64,000 nt of DNA from Candidatus Woesearchaeota archaeon (lineage in GTDB: Archaea > Nanobdellota > Nanobdellia > Woesearchaeales > BS150m-G63): positions 6,867 through 70,866 of the forward strand of contig JADHVD010000003.1 of the NCBI GenBank assembly GCA_016784165.1, read 5' to 3'. Made by a program: the position numbers and the translations under genes. Positions 34,206 through 47,255 of this stretch are shown here, in pieces; position 1 is the stretch's first letter; the number at the start of each line of letters is the position of its first letter. The notes beneath the pieces were generated by a model. That model made no database searches and was not told where the DNA came from. It saw only the letters and a list, made by a program, of their open reading frames with translations.

Positions 34206-35317
34206 TTAAGATACTCCAAATAATCAGATTTAAAATGCTTTAATCCAGTGAGGATATAATTTCCAGCACTTTGTCCTAACCCACATAAACTTGTTTCTTG
34301 AACATGTTCTGCAAATTCTTTCAAGAGTTCCAAATCTTTTTTTGTTGCTTTTCCTTCTTTAACTTGTTTTATTCTTTCTAATAATCTTATAGTACCTTCC
34401 CTACAAGGAGTGCATTTTCCACAAGATTCGTAAGTGTAAAATTTAGCAATAGTGTAAGATACATCTACAATGTTATGGGTTTCATCTATGAAAATCATGC
34501 TAAAAGCACCATGTTGACAACCTTCTTTACAAATATTTTCATGAGTTATTTCCATATTTTTTTTAATCTTCATAAATCCACCAAAACAACCAAAAGATAC
34601 TGCCTTAATTTTATTTTTAGACCTAACTACATCCAAAATTTTAGACATCTTTACGCCAAGTGGAAATTCATAAACTCCAGGATTTTCAACATTCCCTGAT
34701 AAAGAAAATAATCTAAGAGAAGAATCCCAATCATCAAATAATATTGATTGCGAAACGCCAGTTAAAGTTTCAACATTGTTAACTATTGTAGGTTTACCCC
34801 ACAACCCTTCAACAGGGGGATAAGGGGGTTTATACATCGCATGACCTCTATTACCCATTATTGATTGAATTATTGAAGTTTCTTCACCGCAAATATAAGC
34901 ACCAGCACCCCTAATTATTTCAATAGTAACAGCTAATCCAGATTTTTTAATTATTTCCTTTATTTTAGTTTCTAACTCAATCCTTAAATGATCATATTCT
35001 CCTCGCAGATAAATAAAACACCTTTTAGCACCAATAGTATAAGCAGCTATCAGAATTCCTTCAATCATCGTTTCAGCATTCTTTTTAATAATTAGTTTGT
35101 CTTTGAAAGTTCCAGGTTCACCTTCATCTGCATTACAAATCACAAATTTTTCATCACTAGAAGTTTCAAGAGCAATTTTCCATTTTCTTCCAGTTGGAAA
35201 AGAAGCACCACCTCTACCTACAACACCCATTTTATCTAATCTTTTTAGCACTCCTTTAGGCCCGAGTTTTTTTGCTTTTTCCAAAGCTTTAAGACTTGTT
35301 TTTAATTCTATTTGCAT
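34202..35317 (-). CDS. hydB: NuoF-like flavoprotein subunit (HydB) of an electron-bifurcating-type hydrogenase
   Basis: The motifs are GRGGASFPTGRKWK, ICNADEGEPGTFKD, ESCGKCTPCREG and SLCGLGQSA. It overlaps hydA by 4 nt. Confidence 0.85.
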   Translation of the reverse strand: MQIELKTSLKALEKAKKLGPKGVLKRLDKMGVVGRGGASFPTGRKWKIALETSSDEKFVICNADEGEPGTFKDKLIIKKNAETMIEGILIAAYTIGAKRCFIYLRGEYDHLRIELETKIKEIIKKSGLAVTIEIIRGAGAYICGEETSIIQSIMGNRGHAMYKPPYPPVEGLWGKPTIVNNVETLTGVSQSILFDDWDSSLRLFSLSGNVENPGVYEFPLGVKMSKILDVVRSKNKIKAVSFGCFGGFMKIKKNMEITHENICKEGCQHGAFSMIFIDETHNIVDVSYTIAKFYTYESCGKCTPCREGTIRLLERIKQVKEGKATKKDLELLKEFAEHVQETSLCGLGQSAGNYILTGLKHFKSDYLEYLK

Positions 35318-35321
35318 TGTT

Positions 35322-35726
35322 TCAATATTTTTTTAAAATCTTTTTTATTTTTTCAATAGTGAGATTAGTATAGGGTTTCCCATCCATTAACATTGCTGGA
35401 GCTTCATCACAACAGCCAATACAAGAAGTTTTATACAAAGAAAATTTTTTATTTTTAGTAGTTTTTCCTACTTCAATTTTTAATTCTTTTTCCAGAAAAT
35501 CTTCTATTTTTTGGCCATTATTAAGCATACAACTTGGGCTTCCACAAATTTCAATAATATGCTCTCCCTGTTTTTCTATTTTAAACATAGCATAAAAAGT
35601 GGCAACACCATATAATTTAGCTAAAGGAACATTATATTTTACACTAATATTCTTCATAGCTTTTTCAGAAATATAACCATCATTATCTTGGACCTCTTTT
35701 AAAACATTAATTAATATTTTATCCAT
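35322..35726 (-). CDS. hydC: NuoE-like thioredoxin-fold [2Fe-2S] subunit (HydC)
   Basis: The Cys pattern is ICGSPSCMLNNG ... TSCIGCCDEAPAM. Confidence 0.8.
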   Translation of the reverse strand: MDKILINVLKEVQDNDGYISEKAMKNISVKYNVPLAKLYGVATFYAMFKIEKQGEHIIEICGSPSCMLNNGQKIEDFLEKELKIEVGKTTKNKKFSLYKTSCIGCCDEAPAMLMDGKPYTNLTIEKIKKILKKY

Positions 35727-35848
35727 AAATCACCTTTTATTTAATAATAATAATTTAGAGTATATTAATTTATATAAATGTTACTAAACCACTCAAACAC
35801 CTTTAACATTACGAAACTTTTTTATATGCCTTCAACCTAACATAAGAT

Positions 35849-36382
35849 ATGAAATACTTATTTATTCAAGAATATCCCTTAACATATATTCAAGAGAATA
35901 TTGAATTAGTTATTTATTCCTTAATTTGTTTTTTTGTTCCATTTCTAATGGGTAAACCACAATTATTAGTTGGAACAATAGTTAATGCATCTTTAATTTT
36001 AGCAACATTAAATTTAAAATTCTATAAACTCTTACCTATCATAATTCTTCCAAGTTTAGCTGTTTTAACAAAGGGATTAATATTTGGGCCATTTACAATT
36101 TTTCTAGCATATATGATTCCTTTTATTTGGATTGGAAACGCCATATTAGTTTTTACATTCAAAAAATTTAATCTACAAAAAAAATTAAATAAATGGATTA
36201 CACTATTATTCGCATCAGCATTTAAAACAGCATTTTTATTTTCAATAGCTTATTTGTTTATCAAAATAGGGATATTACCTGCAGTATTTTTAACAGCAAT
36301 GGGTTTATTTCAATTTTATACAGCAATAATGGGTGGAATATTAGCATTTAGCATTCATTCAGTAAAGAAAAAATATATTTAA
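35849..36382 (+). CDS. Polytopic membrane protein of unknown function
   Basis: The 177 aa contain about 5 hydrophobic helices and no diagnostic motif is recognised. Confidence 0.5.
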   Translation: MKYLFIQEYPLTYIQENIELVIYSLICFFVPFLMGKPQLLVGTIVNASLILATLNLKFYKLLPIIILPSLAVLTKGLIFGPFTIFLAYMIPFIWIGNAILVFTFKKFNLQKKLNKWITLLFASAFKTAFLFSIAYLFIKIGILPAVFLTAMGLFQFYTAIMGGILAFSIHSVKKKYI

Positions 36383-36428
36383 AGCAGAACATATTCAAAA
36401 AAGAAGTTCAGTAAAAAAAGAGGTAAAT

Positions 36429-39855
<3,427 letters not shown>

Positions 39856-39878
39856 TCTTACCAACAATATGAAATAAC

Positions 39879-41054
39879 ATGATTAGATTCTTAACAAAAG
39901 CCAAACTAAAAGATAAGAGGGTTCTTCTTAGGTTAGACCTTAATGTACCCTTGGATAAAAAAGGAAATATAACTGACGACACCAGAATAAAAAAATCTAT
40001 CCCAACAATAAAATATATTCTTTCAAAAAAACCAACACAACTCATAATTATGTCCCACTTAGGTAGGCCAAAAGCAAAAATAATTCCAAAATTAAAACTC
40101 ATAAATGTCGCAAGAAGATTACAAAAATTATTAAAACAGAATATCATTAAAACAAGAGATTGCATAAACATAAAAATCCCAAATTCAAAAATAGTGTTAC
40201 TTGAAAATTTAAGATTTCATAAACAAGAAAAAGAAAACAATAGGGCATTCGCAAAAAAATTAACAGATTACGCAGACATCTACATAAACGACGCATTTGG
40301 AACTGCACACAGAAAACATGCGTCAAATAACGCAATAACTAAATTCCTTCCAAGTTACGCAGGATTCTTAATCAAACAAGAATTAGAAAAATTAAACTTA
40401 AAAAAACCAAAAAAACCATTTATTGCAATTCTCGGTTGTGCAAAAATATCGGATAAAATAGATTTAATTAAAGCGTTACTCAATAAAGTTGATAAACTAT
40501 TAATTGGTGGACTCATATCTTTCACATTTTTAAAAGCAGAAGGATACGAAGTTGGACTTACAAGAGTAGAAACATCAAAAATAAGAACAGCAAAAGCACT
40601 ATTAAAAAAATACAAAAAAAAGATAATTCTCCCCCTTGATGTAAAAGTAGCATTAAATCCAAATGCAAAACCTCAAACAACTCACATAGATAAAATTCAA
40701 AAAAATAAAATTGGTTATGATATAGGGCCAGATTCAGTAAAACTATTTCTCGAAGAACTAAAAAAATCAAAAACAGTTTTTTGGAATGGGCCATTAGGAT
40801 TTTACGAAAATAAAAAATACAAAAACTCAACAAATCAAATAGCAAAATTATTATCAAAAAACACTAAGAAAATAAAAACAATAATTGGTGGGGGAGATAC
40901 AGCAAACGCAGTAAGGCTACTTGAAAAAGAATTTTATCATGTTAGTACAGGCGGAGGCGCATCATTAGAATTTATTTCAGGAAAAGAACTTCCAGCAATA
41001 AAAGCTTTAGAAATTAATGCAAAAAAATTTAAATTTAAAATAATAACAGATTAA
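39879..41054 (+). CDS. pgk: Phosphoglycerate kinase
   Basis: The motifs are LLRLDLNVPL, SHLGRPK, AFGTAHR and IIGGGDTANAV. Confidence 0.9.
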   Translation: MIRFLTKAKLKDKRVLLRLDLNVPLDKKGNITDDTRIKKSIPTIKYILSKKPTQLIIMSHLGRPKAKIIPKLKLINVARRLQKLLKQNIIKTRDCINIKIPNSKIVLLENLRFHKQEKENNRAFAKKLTDYADIYINDAFGTAHRKHASNNAITKFLPSYAGFLIKQELEKLNLKKPKKPFIAILGCAKISDKIDLIKALLNKVDKLLIGGLISFTFLKAEGYEVGLTRVETSKIRTAKALLKKYKKKIILPLDVKVALNPNAKPQTTHIDKIQKNKIGYDIGPDSVKLFLEELKKSKTVFWNGPLGFYENKKYKNSTNQIAKLLSKNTKKIKTIIGGGDTANAVRLLEKEFYHVSTGGGASLEFISGKELPAIKALEINAKKFKFKIITD

Positions 41055-41079
41055 CTGAGGATAATGGTTTTTCTTTCTT

Positions 41080-43824
41080 TCACTCTGCAAGATTACTCAA
41101 CACTTCACCTAATTTATCAAAATTATTTCCTATTCCAGACCAATCTTGTTGATTCATAGAATCAAGAATCAATCCATAATAATTATTTGCGTCTTCAATC
41201 AATTCTTCTTGAGATTTATCCTCTAAAATACTTGCCTCTTCTCCTTCAACAACTTCTTGTGCACCCCTCAAATTTGTACTTGTCGAAGTTCCAAATAATG
41301 CAATCAAAGCAGAACCAATATCTTTTTCCATAACAACTCTTTCACCATCAGACATTAACACTCTCTTCAATTCAGGAAGTTGTCCAGTCTCTGCTTGAAT
41401 GTACAATGGTTCAACATAAAGGATACTATCTTCAATAGGAATCACAAGAAGATTCCCCCTTGTAATTCTTGAACCTTGTTGAGACCACAAAGTCAATTGT
41501 TGTGAAATTTCAGAATCTTGGTCAAATTTCGCCTCTATTTGAGAAGGACCATAAATTAATTTATCTTTTGGAAATTTATATAAAATTAATTTTCCATAAT
41601 CATCAAAATCAGAACGCGCAGCCATCCAAGCAACCATATTATCTTTTCTTATAGGTGTAAAAGGAGTCATCAATACAAATTCTTCTTTTTCCTCTCCTGG
41701 AAGTTTCATAATCATATAATAAGGCTCCATCATTATCTGTTGTCCTACACCATAAATTTCTTTGGGAATCTGCCAAGCATCTTCTTTATTATAAAATACA
41801 GGAACATCATCCATGTGATAAGTGCTGTATATCTTAGATTGGACACTAAAGAGGTCTGTAGGATATCTGATATGTTTTTTAAGTCCTTCAGGCATACTAT
41901 CTATTGATTTAAATTGTTTAGGAAATATCTTAGTATAAGTAATAATCAAAGGATCATTTACATCAGAAACATAATAATTAACATCCCCATCATATGCACT
42001 AACAACAATCTTTACAGAATTTCTAATATAATTAATAGGCCCGCTCTTTTCAGAATAAGGAAAATTGTTAGATACAGTGTATGCATCTTGAATCCAAAAT
42101 AATTTTTCATCATTCACAACTAAATAAGGGTCTCTATCTAGTTTTAAAAAAGGAGTAATTTTAGATATCCTTTGTTGTATATTTCTTGTAAACATTATTT
42201 TACTTTCATCATTAATATCAGAAGATAATAGAATCTTAATATCTCCAAACCTTAGGGCCATTAAAACTTTTTTAAAGAAAGAATCAAGCTTAACGCCACC
42301 GACACCATCATAATTAATATACTTATTTTTATTTCCTTTTGGATAATCAAATTCATCTGTTTTTGTATTTACTAATACAAAATCATTATCTTTTTCCCCA
42401 TAATAAATTCTTGGTTGAGAAATTTTTAAGCTACTATCATTCACAGAATAAACAGGGGGGATATCCTTTATGAAAAAATTAGGCAAACCCTCTGAAGTTA
42501 CTGAATTTACAGGGCTCATAACAACGCCAAAACCATGAGAATAAACCATGTGTAGATTTACCCAAGTTTTTGCATCTTGTGTAATTTGAGCTTGTTCTAA
42601 TTCTCTTGGAGCTATCATAACTTGAGTATATTTTCCATCAATAGTATATCTATCAATATCAATTCCAGAAAGATCATAGTATAATCTTATTTCTTGCGTT
42701 TGTTTATATGTTTGAATCAAAGGTCGCCAATCTAATATTCTTATATTGTCAATAGTTCCAGTAGCTTCAGAAATAACTTGGGAATCTAAATTCATCTCGA
42801 CAGAAAAATCTTTTTCTTCAACATCAGATAAACCATATGCAATTCTTGTGAATTTTATATTATTTTCAATATATGGTTTTTCTAAATTAATTTCATTTGG
42901 TTCAACCTTTAATGATTGAACAAGCCCAGGAATAAAAACAGAACCAACAAATGCGAATAAGAAATATATAATTAACCCATACATTAAGATGTGCCTTTTT
43001 TTGAGTTTGGGATTTTTTGAAAAATAAAACACCCAAACAATAAATAATGCAGCAATAACAATCGCAAGAATCATTAATAGTTTAACAATAGGAAGATAAG
43101 CAACTACATCTGTGTATCCAGCCCCAACAACAATTCCAGCTTCAGAATACATAATTGAAAACCTTGAAAGATAATGTCTAACTGCAAGCAGTATAAACAA
43201 TAATGAGCCAAGAACACTTAAATGAATCATTGAGTTTTTTTTAAACCCATCAAAAATTTTCTTAACACTCATAGAATTTCCACTCACTTGACCTGTATGA
43301 ATATCTGTAATACCAAAATCAAATTTAATAGATTGTAGATAATGTAATATAACTAAAAATATAGTGATTACAACACTAATAATAATAAATTTCCACACAA
43401 TTAAAAATAAAGGCAAGGAGAAAACATAAAACCCAACATCCCTCAAAAAGATAGGGTCTTTTAAATTAAAAGGAAATTGGTTAATATATTGTAACACCAC
43501 AAGCCAATTTGAAGAAACACTAACACCCATTATAAAAGAGATAATTAATAGAATCATTGATTTAACTTTAAAAGACATAAACCCTTTTATCTTGTTTAAT
43601 TTTGAAGCAACCCACAAATTCAAACTCGAAAAAGAAATGAAAGTTAAAGCACCAATAAGAAACAAGATAATTTTTGATTTAAATATTGTTAAAAAAATCT
43701 GAGAAAAACCCAACGCATCAAACCAGAGATAATCAGTAAAAAATTTCGCTAACCCAGATACTGAAAAAAGAAATATAACTATCAAAAAAAGAAGAGTAGA
43801 TTGTAAAATATTTTTATTAGCCAA
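41080..43824 (-). CDS. UPF0182-family large membrane protein
   Basis: The 914-aa protein has an N-terminal block of about 7 TM helices starting FFTDYLWFDALGFSQIF and a large soluble C-terminal region. The family assignment is from memory. Confidence 0.65.
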   Translation of the reverse strand: MANKNILQSTLLFLIVIFLFSVSGLAKFFTDYLWFDALGFSQIFLTIFKSKIILFLIGALTFISFSSLNLWVASKLNKIKGFMSFKVKSMILLIISFIMGVSVSSNWLVVLQYINQFPFNLKDPIFLRDVGFYVFSLPLFLIVWKFIIISVVITIFLVILHYLQSIKFDFGITDIHTGQVSGNSMSVKKIFDGFKKNSMIHLSVLGSLLFILLAVRHYLSRFSIMYSEAGIVVGAGYTDVVAYLPIVKLLMILAIVIAALFIVWVFYFSKNPKLKKRHILMYGLIIYFLFAFVGSVFIPGLVQSLKVEPNEINLEKPYIENNIKFTRIAYGLSDVEEKDFSVEMNLDSQVISEATGTIDNIRILDWRPLIQTYKQTQEIRLYYDLSGIDIDRYTIDGKYTQVMIAPRELEQAQITQDAKTWVNLHMVYSHGFGVVMSPVNSVTSEGLPNFFIKDIPPVYSVNDSSLKISQPRIYYGEKDNDFVLVNTKTDEFDYPKGNKNKYINYDGVGGVKLDSFFKKVLMALRFGDIKILLSSDINDESKIMFTRNIQQRISKITPFLKLDRDPYLVVNDEKLFWIQDAYTVSNNFPYSEKSGPINYIRNSVKIVVSAYDGDVNYYVSDVNDPLIITYTKIFPKQFKSIDSMPEGLKKHIRYPTDLFSVQSKIYSTYHMDDVPVFYNKEDAWQIPKEIYGVGQQIMMEPYYMIMKLPGEEKEEFVLMTPFTPIRKDNMVAWMAARSDFDDYGKLILYKFPKDKLIYGPSQIEAKFDQDSEISQQLTLWSQQGSRITRGNLLVIPIEDSILYVEPLYIQAETGQLPELKRVLMSDGERVVMEKDIGSALIALFGTSTSTNLRGAQEVVEGEEASILEDKSQEELIEDANNYYGLILDSMNQQDWSGIGNNFDKLGEVLSNLAE

Positions 43825-43899
43825 TTTATTTATCCCCTAATCGTAATTATTTCTTGTTCTTTTTAAACTTTGCTGAAAAAAAGGAATTTAAATAGAATA

Positions 43900-45150
43900 T
43901 TAAGAAATAACTATAGTTTTCCCAATCTTATCTTTCACTTCTTTCTCAAGTTTTTTCTTTAACACACCAACATTAAGTTCTTCTAATTCTTTTGACCATT
44001 CATTAATTTCACATTTCTTAGAATTAATTTTATTTTCTATAATATCAATTTCTTCTTTTAACTTTTCAATATCTACCATAATAGTTGATTCCTCAAACTT
44101 AACTTTTAGTTGATCTAGTTCCCATTCAATCTTGTTGTACTTCTCTAAAAATTCTTTAAAATAATCAACATTCAACTTACCTAATTCATGTAATATTTTC
44201 TCTTTTTTCTTGTCTTTTAATTCAACATCACCATTAGAAATAGAATTTTCCATCTTATTTAAAACATCAACAATTTTTAATTCAGTATCTTTCAATAAAG
44301 CCATCAACGAATTAGCCAGATATTTTTTAACAACACCTTTTTCTAAAGTCACCCTCTCATATTTTTTTAAGCCAGCTTCAATAACTGAAAAAGAATGCCA
44401 TAACATCATTTCCAATTCTTTCTTTTCATTCTCCAAACTTTCTTTTTTACTTACTAAATCATTAAACAACCCATATTCATCACTCTTTTTCACTTGTTCC
44501 AACTTTTCTTTTTTATCAACAAATTTTTTGTTCACTTCTTTCAAATCTTTTTTAGTTGAACTTATGTTCTCCTCTAGATCTTTTTTAGAATTTATTTTTT
44601 CTAAAATACCCATCACTTTTTGTTTTAATCTCTCGAGTTCATCAATTTCAGCATTTTTCAAAATAGACTTAGCTTCTTTAACAAATTTATCTGTATCTCT
44701 TATATTTTCAGCAACACCAAATGATTTATCTCCAAAAAATTCCTGCAATACTTGATACGCTTTCAAAGTAGATTTGCTAAAATTATTAATAACATCCTCA
44801 AAACCATCACAAAATTTAATAATATCTTTAAATTCTTTAGGAATTCTAACTTCATCCATCAACAACCCAACTTTTTGAATATATGTATCTCTATTACCAT
44901 TAATTATTTGGATAATTCTTTCAGGAACATTTTTATTTCTAAGTTTAGCATTTTTTAATTCTTCAAGATTTCCTTTTACCTTCTTTTTTTCAACCTTAAT
45001 TTTTTCCCTTACATTATTCAACTTAATCTCAATTTTTTCAATATTTTTTTCAAATTGAGAATTTATCCAACCACTAATTTCATCTAGCTCAAGCTCAATA
45101 ATCTCTTCTTCTTTCTTAGAAAACTTTTTTAAAAAGTCAAAAATCCCCAT
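43900..45150 (-). CDS. Large coiled-coil protein of unknown function
   Basis: The 416 aa are Lys/Glu/Leu-rich with heptad patterns throughout. Confidence 0.5.
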   Translation of the reverse strand: MGIFDFLKKFSKKEEEIIELELDEISGWINSQFEKNIEKIEIKLNNVREKIKVEKKKVKGNLEELKNAKLRNKNVPERIIQIINGNRDTYIQKVGLLMDEVRIPKEFKDIIKFCDGFEDVINNFSKSTLKAYQVLQEFFGDKSFGVAENIRDTDKFVKEAKSILKNAEIDELERLKQKVMGILEKINSKKDLEENISSTKKDLKEVNKKFVDKKEKLEQVKKSDEYGLFNDLVSKKESLENEKKELEMMLWHSFSVIEAGLKKYERVTLEKGVVKKYLANSLMALLKDTELKIVDVLNKMENSISNGDVELKDKKKEKILHELGKLNVDYFKEFLEKYNKIEWELDQLKVKFEESTIMVDIEKLKEEIDIIENKINSKKCEINEWSKELEELNVGVLKKKLEKEVKDKIGKTIVIS

Positions 45151-45222
45151 ATTCCAATAAAATAACTCTTAGTTTATATTTTTTTGCAAAATATTATAAA
45201 TCATTTTTCTATATCTTAAATT

Positions 45223-45561
45223 ATGGTAAGAAAACACAAGAAAAAACCAGCATCACATAGAAAAATAGTGTTAGAAAGAATCCAAATCCTATTTGAGCAA
45301 GCTCAAGAGAATTTCTCGTTAGATCCTAAACTTTCAGATCGTTATGTTCAGCTTGCAAGAAAATTAACAATGAAATATAAAGTGAAGATGCCTTCAGAAT
45401 ATAAAAGACAATACTGCAAATATTGTTACAGCTACTTAATGCCAAACAAAACATGCAGGATAAGAACTCATAAGGGTCATTTAGTGTACTATTGTCTTAA
45501 ATGTAAAAAGTTCAATAGATTTACTTATAAAACCGGAAAGTCTACGACTAAAAAAGAATAA
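45223..45561 (+). CDS. rnp4: RNase P protein component 4 (Rpp21/Rpr2 family)
   Basis: A helical N-terminus (RIQILFEQAQENF, RYVQLARKLTMKY) is followed by the zinc ribbon CKYCYSYL...YYCLKCKKF. Confidence 0.8.
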   Translation: MVRKHKKKPASHRKIVLERIQILFEQAQENFSLDPKLSDRYVQLARKLTMKYKVKMPSEYKRQYCKYCYSYLMPNKTCRIRTHKGHLVYYCLKCKKFNRFTYKTGKSTTKKE

Positions 45562-45712
45562 ATTTAAATATCACTAATAACTTCTAAATTTTTGTGAATT
45601 ACTATGAGAGTTACAACAATTAACAATTGCCAACCATATTAGGCGATACTCTCTTGATTTTTAATTTTTTATTTCTTTCTAAATCTTCAGAGAACCTAAA
45701 TGAAAACCTAAA

Positions 45713-46915
45713 ATGTCCACTAAAAAAATAACAAAGGAACGAGAAAAAAAACTTAAACAGAACATCTGGAAGTTTTACATATATAGATTCTTCTCTAGTA
45801 TGATCTTTGTAATTCCCATATTTGTATTATTCTTACAAGATAATGGACTTAGCATGACTCAAGTAATGATTTTACAAGCAGTTTATACTGCAGTAATCAT
45901 GCTAGCAGTAATACCCTCAGGGATATTTGCAGATTATATGGGGAGAAAGACAGCATTAGTGATAAATTCTATATTTTTCACTTTGGGTTGGACTCTTTAT
46001 GCATTGAGTTACTCCTTTTTTGCATTCTTGATAACTGAGATAGTTATGGCTATATCTGCTGCTTTGTGGAACTCTTCAGGAACAGCATTCTTTTACGACA
46101 CATTAAAAGAATTAAAACAAGAAAGCAAGTTTAAACGCCTTTATGGGAATACAATGACTATCAGCCACATAGTGTGGGGATTATCTGCATTAATAGGAGG
46201 GTACTTAGCAACATATAGTTTAAGACTTCCTTATTTTGCAGTAATACCTCCAGTGTTTTTATCAATTTTAGTAACATTAAGTTTTACAGAAACCAAGAAA
46301 TATAAACACGGAGATAAGCATTACATCACCCACCTAAAAGATGCAGCAAAATTTAGCATAACCCACCCAAAAGTGAAATTTTTCATAATCTATGCAGCGC
46401 TATTTGGGGCAGTATTTTTCAACGCATTCATGGTTTATCAGCCATATCTAAAACAGATACAGGTACCATTAATTTATTTTGGAGTGATATTCATGTTCAT
46501 GGATTTCACAGCTGCATTTGCATCAAAAATAGCTCATAAGGTAGAAGAATTTTTTGGAGAAAAAAAAATACTCCTAATAATGTTAGCTTTAGCCATATTT
46601 GCTTATGCAGGTATGAGTTTTAGCATACTTTATTTTGGAGCAGCATTCCTATTGATAACCTCTTTCGTTGGAGGGTTAAAATACCCAATTATAATGGATT
46701 ATATTAACAAGCATGTAAGTTCTCATCACAGAGCAACAGTTATGGCTTTTTCAGACTTATCTGGGAGCATGCTCTGTACATTGTCAGCCCCCTTTATAGG
46801 CTGGCTAATTGATTTTTGGGGATTGAGAGAAGCATTTTTGTTTTTTGTAGTGTTATTAGTACTAAACTTAGTCATACTATTATGGGTGTTCCACTTAAAT
46901 AATAATAGAAAATAG
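45713..46915 (+). CDS. MFS-type transporter
   Basis: It has about 12 TM helices and the loop motif ADYMGRKTAL between TM2 and TM3. Confidence 0.7.
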   Translation: MSTKKITKEREKKLKQNIWKFYIYRFFSSMIFVIPIFVLFLQDNGLSMTQVMILQAVYTAVIMLAVIPSGIFADYMGRKTALVINSIFFTLGWTLYALSYSFFAFLITEIVMAISAALWNSSGTAFFYDTLKELKQESKFKRLYGNTMTISHIVWGLSALIGGYLATYSLRLPYFAVIPPVFLSILVTLSFTETKKYKHGDKHYITHLKDAAKFSITHPKVKFFIIYAALFGAVFFNAFMVYQPYLKQIQVPLIYFGVIFMFMDFTAAFASKIAHKVEEFFGEKKILLIMLALAIFAYAGMSFSILYFGAAFLLITSFVGGLKYPIIMDYINKHVSSHHRATVMAFSDLSGSMLCTLSAPFIGWLIDFWGLREAFLFFVVLLVLNLVILLWVFHLNNNRK

Positions 46916-46938
46916 ATTAAGAAATAAATCAGAAAACT

Positions 46939-47082
46939 CTATTCACCAAGAACACCTTTACAATTGATACAGACTTCTTTATCTGTTTTTTTATCATATT
47001 TAGTGGTGATTCCCCACTGTAGAATATTATTACAGCTAGGGCATTTATCTTCATTCAAAATCTCAAACAAATTGAAAACCAT
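46939..47082 (-). CDS. Small (47 aa) zinc-ribbon ORF, below the track cut-off
   Basis: My own translation is MVFNLFEILNEDKCPSCNNILQWGITTKYDKKTDKEVCINCKGVLGE. Confidence 0.35.
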   Translation of the reverse strand: MVFNLFEILNEDKCPSCNNILQWGITTKYDKKTDKEVCINCKGVLGE

Positions 47083-47154
47083 TTTTTAATTAGTTTTTAT
47101 TAGAATATATCATCTAAAGGCAATTAACTATATAAAATTTACCTTAATAATGCT

Positions 47155-47204
47155 GATTAAATTGATATTTTGGATAAAATAGTTTTTAGTTATCCTACAC
47201 AGCA
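47155..47204. repeat. Left copy of the 50-bp direct repeat flanking the GGDEF cassette
   Basis: The sequence is GATTAAATTGATATTTTGGATAAAATAGTTTTTAGTTATCCTACACAGCA, 49/50 identical to 48863-48912. It contains the internal inverted repeat GGATAA...TTATCC. Confidence 0.95.
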
Positions 47205-47255
47205 ATTTTTAGTATATGGTAGAATAAACTTTTTTTTAATAAAATTTTATAAAAA

